A stretch of 64,000 nucleotides of DNA from Nitrospira sp. (GTDB taxonomy: Bacteria; Nitrospirota; Nitrospiria; Nitrospirales; Nitrospiraceae), in assembly GCA_005239465.1 (NCBI GenBank), contig SPAW01000002.1, positions 40,868 to 104,867 on the forward strand, written 5' to 3'. The notes beneath the pieces were generated by a model, which saw nothing but the letters and a program-made list of their open reading frames with translations, did no database searches and had not been told where the DNA came from. How positions within the stretch are numbered: the first letter of the stretch is position 1; each line of letters opens with the position of its first letter. This document shows, one piece after another, positions 19,658 through 26,421 of this stretch. Position numbers and translations under genes: made by a program.

Positions 19658-21043
19658 ATGACACAGATCGTTCAGAAGACACGCTGCGAAGAAGCGGTGC
19701 TGCTCGACTGCATCGGAGACGGGGTGGTCACGATCGGCTTGGACATGCGGATCCGCTACATGAACCGGGCGATGCGGGAGTTGTTGGGCTATGAGCAGGA
19801 AGAGTTGCTGGGACAGCCGCTGAGCTGCCACTTCTTGGTGCAAGGCAGCATCTGCTCCACGCAGGATTGCATTCTGGAACGGGCCATTCGCAATCGAGAA
19901 AAAGTCAGGAATTATGAAACCGTAATCCAGAACAAAGAGGGCCGAAAGATTCCGGTGAGCTTGAATACCGACCTGCTCTGGGATGAAACAGGCAATCTGA
20001 TCGGCATTGTTGAGACCTATCGCGATCTGAGTCAGATCAACGAACTCAAGGCCAAGCTCGAACACCAAGGCAACACCAAAACTCGAGGTCCGCTTGTGGC
20101 TCGGAGTAAGGCGTTGCAGAGCATTCTGGATTTACTGCCCCAGGTTGCCAATTCTAAAACCACCGTGTTGATCGAAGGTGAGAGCGGCACCGGGAAAGAA
20201 TTGATTGCCAGAGAGATCCATCGTTTGAGCCCAAGGCGAGACCAACCATTCGTCGCCATCAATTGTGCGGCATTGGCCGAAGGAGTGCTGGAAAGTGAGT
20301 TGTTCGGTCACGTCAAGGGAGCCTTCACCGGGGCCATCGCCGACCGTCCAGGGAGATTCGAGCTGGCGCACAGGGGGACCATCTTCTTGGATGAAATTGC
20401 AGACATCACTCCGATGGCTCAGGCCAAGTTACTGAGAGTGCTTCAGGAAGGGGAGTTTGAGCGGGTCGGCGGGAACAAGACCGTGAAAGTGGATGTGCGG
20501 GTCGTCGCTGCCACGAACAAAATCTTAACGACGGTAGTTGAAGAAGGGGGGTTTCGGGATGATCTCTATTATCGGTTACAGGTGTTCCCAATCACAGTCC
20601 CCCCGCTTCGCGACCGGAAAGAGGACTTATTGCCCCTTATCGAGCATTCAATAGTACGGCTCAGTCGGGCCATGGGCAAGAACGTGAGAGATATCGACGG
20701 ACCCGCACTCAGACTGTTGGAAGCCCATCGGTATCCAGGGAATGTGCGGGAGCTAGAGAATATTCTGGAACATGCCTTCATTCGATGCCCAGACCACACC
20801 ATCCGTCCAGAACATCTACCTGAGTATCTGCTACCAGATCGACCACATCCGCTAAAATCACCCCGTGCACAAGAGACAAAGGGAATTACCCTCGCTCTCA
20901 TGGAACAAGAAGCCATTGTCCAAGCACTTGAGCAAACTGATTGGAATTACCGGCAGGCTTGCCGAATTTTAGGAGTTAGCCGCTCCACATTACTCCGTCG
21001 CATTAAGACCTACAACTTGAATCGCAAGTCTAAGTCAATATGA
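19658..21043 (+). CDS. PAS-domain sigma-54-dependent transcriptional activator (Fis-type HTH)
   Basis: The PAS domain is LLDCIGDGVVTIGLDMRIRYMNRAMRELLGY..., with a Cys cluster SCHFLVQGSICSTQDC. AAA+ Walker A is GESGTGKE and the sigma-54 contact loop is GAFTGA. The C-terminal HTH is RQACRILGVSRSTLLRRIK. Confidence 0.9.
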   Translation: MTQIVQKTRCEEAVLLDCIGDGVVTIGLDMRIRYMNRAMRELLGYEQEELLGQPLSCHFLVQGSICSTQDCILERAIRNREKVRNYETVIQNKEGRKIPVSLNTDLLWDETGNLIGIVETYRDLSQINELKAKLEHQGNTKTRGPLVARSKALQSILDLLPQVANSKTTVLIEGESGTGKELIAREIHRLSPRRDQPFVAINCAALAEGVLESELFGHVKGAFTGAIADRPGRFELAHRGTIFLDEIADITPMAQAKLLRVLQEGEFERVGGNKTVKVDVRVVAATNKILTTVVEEGGFRDDLYYRLQVFPITVPPLRDRKEDLLPLIEHSIVRLSRAMGKNVRDIDGPALRLLEAHRYPGNVRELENILEHAFIRCPDHTIRPEHLPEYLLPDRPHPLKSPRAQETKGITLALMEQEAIVQALEQTDWNYRQACRILGVSRSTLLRRIKTYNLNRKSKSI

Positions 21044-21202
21044 ACTGTTAGGATTCAAATTGACACTTATAAGATATCGATAATAATGTATATTTATATT
21101 ATAGTTTCAAAGTGATGCTATTTGACGCGACCATCCCATTCGCTCGTTCATCATACCCCATACAAATCAGCTAGTTCTGCGTTCAATCTTTTTCTCTAAA
21201 TC

Positions 21203-21219
21203 TGGCATTTGAGCTGCAT
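21203..21219 (+). promoter_or_regulatory. Sigma-54 (-24/-12) promoter
   Basis: TGGCATTTGAGCTGCAT has GG at 21204-21205 and GC at 21216-21217, the exact consensus spacing of TGGCAC-N5-TTGCA. It sits in an AT-rich 230-bp gap directly after the activator gene and upstream of the iscU-nuoI set. Confidence 0.7.
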
Positions 21220-21273
21220 TGCCTAGAAACAGGGATTGGTGTCTTCGCTGCCAGCCTTTCCGGGGATGAGACG

Positions 21274-21462
21274 ATGGCTGAAGAAGATTTGCTCACCATG
21301 ATCACTGTCGATCATCACGAGGGAGAGACCTATGAAAAAGATTGTGAGGCCATGAGCCTTGACCGACTTGTTCGACTCACCGATGAGGACGGACTTATTC
21401 GTCTTGGACTAGGATTCATGGAGGCCTTTGCCCGGGCCGAAGGACGCATTCTGTGGCACTAG
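21274..21462 (+). CDS. Small acidic hypothetical protein (62 aa)
   Basis: First ORF after the sigma-54 promoter: MAEEDLLTMITVDHHEGETYEKDCEAM.... No family recognised. Confidence 0.3.
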   Translation: MAEEDLLTMITVDHHEGETYEKDCEAMSLDRLVRLTDEDGLIRLGLGFMEAFARAEGRILWH

Positions 21463-21510
21463 CAGAGTCGGACTTTCCCACCGTCCGGCTCACGAAGGGA
21501 GGATCGGAAT

Positions 21511-21912
21511 ATGGCCTACAGTGAGAAAGTGGTCGATCATTTCAACCACCCACGAAATATGGGGAGCTTTCCAAAAGACGATCCAGACATCGGCACCGGT
21601 ATGGTCGGGGCTCCGGAATGCGGCGACGTGATGAAACTCCAGATCAAGGTGCACAACGACACCATTGTCGACGCCAAATTCAAGACCTTTGGCTGCGGCT
21701 CCGCGATTGCCAGTTCCAGCCTGGCTACGGAATGGCTCAAGGGGAAAACGGTCGAAGAAGCGGCCACAATCAAGAACACCGACATCGTCCAGGAACTGAA
21801 CCTCCCTCCAGTCAAGATCCATTGTTCGGTCCTGGCGGAAGATGCGATCAAAGCGGCATTGGCAGACTATCAGCGAAAGAGCACAGCCGGCACTGCGCTG
21901 ACGGTCGGATAA
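21511..21912 (+). CDS. iscU: Fe-S cluster assembly scaffold IscU
   Basis: VVDHFNHPRNMG, GAPECGDVMKLQIKV, FGCGSAIASSS and LPPVKIHCSVLAEDA give the three conserved Cys plus the LPPVK motif. Confidence 0.9.
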   Translation: MAYSEKVVDHFNHPRNMGSFPKDDPDIGTGMVGAPECGDVMKLQIKVHNDTIVDAKFKTFGCGSAIASSSLATEWLKGKTVEEAATIKNTDIVQELNLPPVKIHCSVLAEDAIKAALADYQRKSTAGTALTVG

Positions 21913-21999
21913 CCAATGTGGCTGGCTCCCCTCACGCGATGTCACGTAACCTTGGCCGGGAGGATCACGAGTGATGGATGGAGCTTGAAGGGAGAGGAG

Positions 22000-22350
22000 A
22001 TGGATTGTCCTCGGTGCAGAGGGTTGATGGTACCGGATGATCTTCTCGACTTGCAGGACGAGGCTGGCCAGCGCTGGTTTGTCGCCCGGCGATGCTTGAT
22101 CTGTGGAGAAGTCCTTGACCCTGTGATTCTGAAGAATCGAAGCGCGCGGCCCAAACCGATGGTTGATCGCGGACGTCATCGGCCCAAGGTGCAATGCGTA
22201 TCAACAGGAGAACACAGGGCGAGAAGGTCTGATCCCTATAGGGAGCTTGGGGATGATCCAGGTGGGGTTGCCCCCTCCGCTGGGGTGCCGGAGCTTAGTA
22301 ACCTTGCAGATCTTAGCCTCGTGGAGCTGGGAGATGTAAGCGTGCGGTGA
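22000..22350 (+). CDS. Zinc-ribbon hypothetical protein
   Basis: ATG 22000 is preceded by GGAGAGGAG. The sequence is MDCPRCRGLMV...RRCLICGEV (CxxC...CxxC), with a low-complexity tail. Confidence 0.4.
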   Translation: MDCPRCRGLMVPDDLLDLQDEAGQRWFVARRCLICGEVLDPVILKNRSARPKPMVDRGRHRPKVQCVSTGEHRARRSDPYRELGDDPGGVAPSAGVPELSNLADLSLVELGDVSVR

Positions 22351-22416
22351 ACGAATCATTCCGAATGTTTTCGAGATTCCGAGAGAATAAGAGGGAGATT
22401 GTAAGGAGAACAACGC

Positions 22417-22764
22417 ATGGCTCTATTGATCACCGATGAATGTATCTCCTGTGGTGCCTGTCTTCCGGAGTGTCCGAACGAAGCGATCTTTGAGACACGC
22501 GGTGACGCAGAAGCGAAGGGAAATCATGTCGGTGATGGCCAGGGCGTAGGGGACAGCATCTACGTCATCACCCATGACCGCTGTACCGAGTGTGTCGGCC
22601 ATTTTGATGAGCCGCAGTGCGCCGCAGTCTGTCCGGTCGACAATTGTTGCATTTCTGATCCGGCCTACCCCGAGTCGAAGGAGGTTTTATTGGAGCGAGC
22701 ACAACGCCTCAATCCGGAGAAGGAGATCCATCCCGACAAAGTGTGGAGTGGCGTCCGCGGGTGA
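22417..22764 (+). CDS. YfhL-type 2x[4Fe-4S] ferredoxin
   Basis: CISCGACLPECP and CTECVGHFDEPQCAAVCP cluster motifs. Confidence 0.85.
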   Translation: MALLITDECISCGACLPECPNEAIFETRGDAEAKGNHVGDGQGVGDSIYVITHDRCTECVGHFDEPQCAAVCPVDNCCISDPAYPESKEVLLERAQRLNPEKEIHPDKVWSGVRG

Positions 22765-22800
22765 ACTCGTCCTAACGCGTCAGCCAATGGGGAGGCGACG

Positions 22801-23106
22801 ATGGCAGACTACATCAGGGTGATAGAGGTCGGAGACATCCCTCCTGGCAGCGGCCATGTTACGGAAGTCAATGGGCATTGTATTGCAATCTTTAATGTGG
22901 ACGGTGCCTTTTTCGCACTCGATAATACCTGCGCCCACCGAGGCGGTCCACTCGGCGAAGGAGAACTCGACGGGGAAGTCGTGACCTGTCCTTGGCACAG
23001 CTGGGAATACAACGTCCGGACCGGCATCTCATTGACCACTCCGTCCGCCTCCGTCAAGACGTATGAGGTAAAGGTCGATGACGATGACGTGAAAATTCTC
23101 TTATAG
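22801..23106 (+). CDS. Small soluble Rieske [2Fe-2S] protein (NirD/ferredoxin-subunit type)
   Basis: CAHRGGPL ... CPWHSWEY (CxH...CxxH). Confidence 0.85.
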   Translation: MADYIRVIEVGDIPPGSGHVTEVNGHCIAIFNVDGAFFALDNTCAHRGGPLGEGELDGEVVTCPWHSWEYNVRTGISLTTPSASVKTYEVKVDDDDVKILL

Positions 23107-23129
23107 CGTGAGGATCACCGGAGTATGCA

Positions 23130-23675
23130 ATGGGATTGATTCAGATCGGGCGGCACTCGAAAGACGGGTCGGGTGACATCATTATCACAACGATCGAAAA
23201 AGCGGTGAACTGGGCGAGAAAAGGTTCCCTCTGGCCCATGACCTTTGGGCTCGCCTGCTGCGCGATTGAGATGATCGCTGCCGTCTCCTCGCGGTACGAT
23301 ATGGATCGGTATGGAGCCGGAGTGTTTCGGGCTTCGCCGCGGCAGTCCGATTTGATGATCGTCGCCGGAACGGTGTGTCGACGGATGGCGCCCGTCATCC
23401 GGAAAATCTACGACCAGATGCCGGAACCGAAGTACGTCATCGCGATGGGGTCCTGCGCCACGTCCGGGAACATCTACGACAGCTACAGCGTGGTGCAGGG
23501 GGTTGATCGGTTCGTTCCAGTCGACATGTATGTGCCCGGCTGTCCGCCGACGCCGGAAGCCCTATTCGACGGCATCTTGAAGCTGCAAGAGCGCATCATG
23601 CAGAAGCGGGTGTTCGTCACACAACCGAAAGAAGTCAGGCAGTGGCTCAAAGATCATAATCGAAGCCATACCTGA
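23130..23675 (+). CDS. nuoB: NuoB-family (20-kDa / N2-cluster) subunit, orphan
   Basis: [16 protein letters not shown]...MIVAGT...[13 protein letters not shown]...[11 protein letters not shown]. No nuoA, C, D or H lies adjacent. Confidence 0.9.
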   Translation: MGLIQIGRHSKDGSGDIIITTIEKAVNWARKGSLWPMTFGLACCAIEMIAAVSSRYDMDRYGAGVFRASPRQSDLMIVAGTVCRRMAPVIRKIYDQMPEPKYVIAMGSCATSGNIYDSYSVVQGVDRFVPVDMYVPGCPPTPEALFDGILKLQERIMQKRVFVTQPKEVRQWLKDHNRSHT

Positions 23676-23714
23676 GAGGGTCCGCACGGTTCAACCGAAC
23701 AAATGGAGCTACTA

Positions 23715-24035
23715 ATGATTACGATCACACCGGAAGCAGAACAAAAGATTCGTGAACTGATGCAGCAAGACAACGAAGCCGTTGGATTGCGGATCTACGT
23801 TCGCGGTGGAGGCTGTCACGGATACCAATATGGCATGGCGTTTGAGTCCAAGATCGCCGAAGACGACACTGTGATCGAGAAAGGGGATGTGAAGGTCATC
23901 ATGGACTCACAGAGTGCCCCACTGCTTCAAGGGACTGAGGTAGAGTACCTTGACAGTGTGCAAGGATCAGGCTTCTCGCTCAAGAACCCTCAGGCCAAGA
24001 CGACCTGCGGGTGCGGAAGTTCCTTCAGTGCCTGA
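23715..24035 (+). CDS. HesB/IscA/ErpA-family Fe-S carrier
   Basis: LRIYVRGGGCHGYQYGM ... TCGCGSSF (Cys-x(n)-CGCG). Confidence 0.85.
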   Translation: MITITPEAEQKIRELMQQDNEAVGLRIYVRGGGCHGYQYGMAFESKIAEDDTVIEKGDVKVIMDSQSAPLLQGTEVEYLDSVQGSGFSLKNPQAKTTCGCGSSFSA

Positions 24036-24079
24036 GGAAACCCTAACCGACACACCCTGAGAAGGCAAGGAGGATCTGA

Positions 24080-24403
24080 ATGATACCCACCATTACGCCG
24101 CGCGAACTGAAAGACAAATTGAAGAGTGGAGAGAAGCTGTTTCTCCTTGACGTGCGAGAACCGTGGGAATATGCACTGGCGAAACTCGAAGGGTCTCAAC
24201 TCCTCCCGTTGGGAACGCTTACGCAATCCTTAGGGAAGCTGGATCGGAACGCGGAGATCGTGGCCTATTGTCATCATGGGATGCGGAGTGCTGATGCCGT
24301 CGGATTTCTCCTGCAGCAGGGGATTACACAGGTGAAGAATCTCGCCGGCGGGATCGACGCCTGGTCTGTACAGGTTGATCCGACGGTGCTTCGGTATCGT
24401 TGA
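24080..24403 (+). CDS. Single-domain rhodanese sulfurtransferase
   Basis: LLDVREPWEY ... active-site loop YCHHGMRSA ... NLAGGIDAW. Confidence 0.85.
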   Translation: MIPTITPRELKDKLKSGEKLFLLDVREPWEYALAKLEGSQLLPLGTLTQSLGKLDRNAEIVAYCHHGMRSADAVGFLLQQGITQVKNLAGGIDAWSVQVDPTVLRYR

Positions 24404-24467
24404 ACTCCCCTTGGGCCTGTCAGGAATCCGGGGCGGAGAGTCTCTGCCTGAATGAGTACGGTGCAGC

Positions 24468-24800
24468 ATGGCGGCCACGGTAGCGGGAAATAAACTGGGG
24501 ATCCTCCTCTCGACGCCCGACTCCCATCCCAGCGTAGACACGGTTGTGGGTCTCTGCAACGCCGCTCTTCAACAAGGGAGCGATGTCTATCTGTATCTCA
24601 TCGACGAGGGTGTCAAGAATATCCGTGATCCCAGGCTTGTGACATTAGCTGAAAAAGGCATGAAGCTCTTCGCCTGCGCCTACGGATGCCAGCAACATGG
24701 GGTGTCAACCGCCGATCTGGATCCACATGTCAGCTTGTGTGGGTTGGTCGTGCTGTCAAACATGATTGAGGCGTGTGATCGCTTTCTCGCCTTTACGTAA
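24468..24800 (+). CDS. DsrE/DsrF/TusD-like sulfur-relay family protein
   Basis: KLGILLSTPD...VYLYLIDEGVKNI...GMKLFACAYGCQQHGV...ACDRFLAFT fits the DsrE-fold pattern. Confidence 0.6.
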   Translation: MAATVAGNKLGILLSTPDSHPSVDTVVGLCNAALQQGSDVYLYLIDEGVKNIRDPRLVTLAEKGMKLFACAYGCQQHGVSTADLDPHVSLCGLVVLSNMIEACDRFLAFT

Positions 24801-24886
24801 GGAGGGCTTCTTCTATGCGCCGTAAGGACTCAGCACGAGAGAGGCAGCTGTCGTCATCGCCGCCTCGCCAGAGAGAGACCTGATCC

Positions 24887-25483
24887 ATGCCTGACTCACC
24901 GTCCCTTCCCACACAACACACGGGTCATTGGCTCAGCCGGACCGACCGATTGATCGAGTGGCTGAAGACCATCACATTCTATGAGATTGCGGTCGGGATG
25001 AAGGCGACGCTCATGCATCTGATCCACTACCGGCCGATTACACTCCAGTACCCCCACGAAAAGCGGGTCTTGCCGGATAATTACCGCGGCATGCTCGCCT
25101 TACTGCGATATGACGATGGAACGGAGAAATGCGTGGGCTGCGATTTATGCGAAGCGGCTTGCCCGTCTCGAGTGATCGCCGTTGTGAGTGCCGAAGTGCC
25201 TGAGGAACCCATCAAACGATATGCCAAAGAATATTATATGGACATGACCCGCTGCCTCTTTTGCGGAATGTGCGTGCAAGCTTGTCCAGTCGATGCCCTA
25301 GCCATGACTCGCGAGTACGAATGGTCGGTCTATGACAAACGAGATCTCTTCCTGAACAAGCAACAGCTCCTCGCCATCGGCGATCGCAATTTCCCGGTTC
25401 GAGAGAAGCGGCTAGACTTCCAGCACCCCAACGTGGCCCTCTTCAACGTCGGCTTTCACAACCATCCCCTCAAGCAATTCTGA
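24887..25483 (+). CDS. nuoI: NuoI-family 2x[4Fe-4S] subunit, orphan
   Basis: TLQYPHEKRVLPDNYRG, CVGCDLCEAACP and CLFCGMCVQACP. Confidence 0.9.
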   Translation: MPDSPSLPTQHTGHWLSRTDRLIEWLKTITFYEIAVGMKATLMHLIHYRPITLQYPHEKRVLPDNYRGMLALLRYDDGTEKCVGCDLCEAACPSRVIAVVSAEVPEEPIKRYAKEYYMDMTRCLFCGMCVQACPVDALAMTREYEWSVYDKRDLFLNKQQLLAIGDRNFPVREKRLDFQHPNVALFNVGFHNHPLKQF

Positions 25484-25787
25484 CCTCGTAAAATCGCACG
25501 GCACCCCCAAGCTGCGGGACATAGACGCCGAATTGATGACCCGAATAGAGCATCGCCAACGGGGCCATCCCGGGCGCCAGCAGACTTCCGCCGGAGACGC
25601 CGGCAAACTCAGGACGTGTCGCTTCGTCGGGATCGAGGTCGATCAGTTCCGCGGCGGCGGGATTGAAGCTGACAAGGTCCGGAGGGTCAGAGAAGGGGGT
25701 CGGCGAGAGCTTGTCATAGAAGGTTTCCGGCAAGCGCGCGTAGCTGTTCTCGAAGGAAAGCTCTTCTAGTTTCCGCAGAATGGCCAT
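25470..25787 (-). pseudogene. Truncated selO 5' fragment (about 94 codons)
   Basis: MAILRKLEELSFENSYARLPETFYDKLSPTPFSDPP...AMLYSGHQFGVYVPQLG aligns residue-for-residue with the selO N-terminus (18872 downwards). Similarity stops after QLG, and the DNA homology left limit (~25505) is about 20 bp from the nuoI stop. Confidence 0.8.
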
Positions 25788-26041
25788 CTCTTTATCTTTA
25801 TCATGGCCTCAGAACCAATCGCCGTCCCTCCTCTGGGCGCAGAACCTAATCGGCCAGGTTCAGCTCAGGCCGCCGAACAATGAAGGCCTTGAGTCGTACG
25901 GCCCCCGCCCCATGAATTTCTGTTCGAATTTGATGATTGCCTACGAATTGCCACATCGATTTTGCCTTTGGTCCGTCGGTTGTGAAGACGCCTCCTCACT
26001 CGGCCGACAGCGCGCATATCCAAAGATTAATAAAATATAAT

Positions 26042-26069
26042 TTGCGCGCGCCATTGGGAGCGCTACAAT
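26042..26069 (+). promoter_or_regulatory. Candidate sigma-70 promoter for the dabA operon
   Basis: TTGCGC, 16 nt, then TACAAT, following an AT-rich tract. It would give a ~350-nt leader. Confidence 0.25.
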
Positions 26070-26316
26070 ACAGCAGCACCAGTGTTTGACCCGTCAGAGA
26101 GTTGCTCCAAGGTCTAAAGTCCTAGCCCAGGGTCACCGATCAGTGTTACCAATGTGAATGATATCTTGACTCCGAAATGATGAATAGGCGATAGAGTAAA
26201 CATATCCTTGTTCGTTCGATTGTGCTCCTTGTCTCTCAGTGGACAGGGGGAACGATCAATTTCGATAGAATATAGGCAGTAGGGTGACTGGTTCCTTGGA
26301 GGACCAGTCACAGTGC

Positions 26317-26370
26317 AAGCCAGCCAGTCGTGTTCCTCGCGGCAGGAAGTCGACGGCTGGCTTTTTGCTT
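26317..26370 (+). terminator. Intrinsic-terminator-like hairpin plus T tract inside the dabA leader (possible attenuator)
   Basis: AAGCCAGCC(A)GTCG..TTCCT-CGCGGC-AGGAA..CGACGGCTGGCTT followed by TTTTGCTT. It is preceded by a perfect 9-bp hairpin GTGACTGGT/ACCAGTCAC at 26284-26311 and lies 52 nt before the dabA ATG. Confidence 0.5.
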
Positions 26371-26421
26371 ATTGTGAGGAGTCCGCAGGCGGTATTTTCC
26401 AGCATGAGGAGAGGAACTGTG

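Noticed and set aside
23130-25483. NuoB and NuoI as part of a canonical complex I (nuoA-N) operon
   Set aside because: No nuoA, C, D, E, F, G, H, J or K lies adjacent. The two genes are separated by iscA, rhodanese and DsrE-like genes.
26284-26421. Track-predicted N-terminal extension of DabA (start at 26284)
   Set aside because: The extension is translated from the two leader hairpins and the T tract. A strong RBS (AGGAGAGGA) precedes ATG 26422, and family N-termini begin near the WP..TFI..SPL block.
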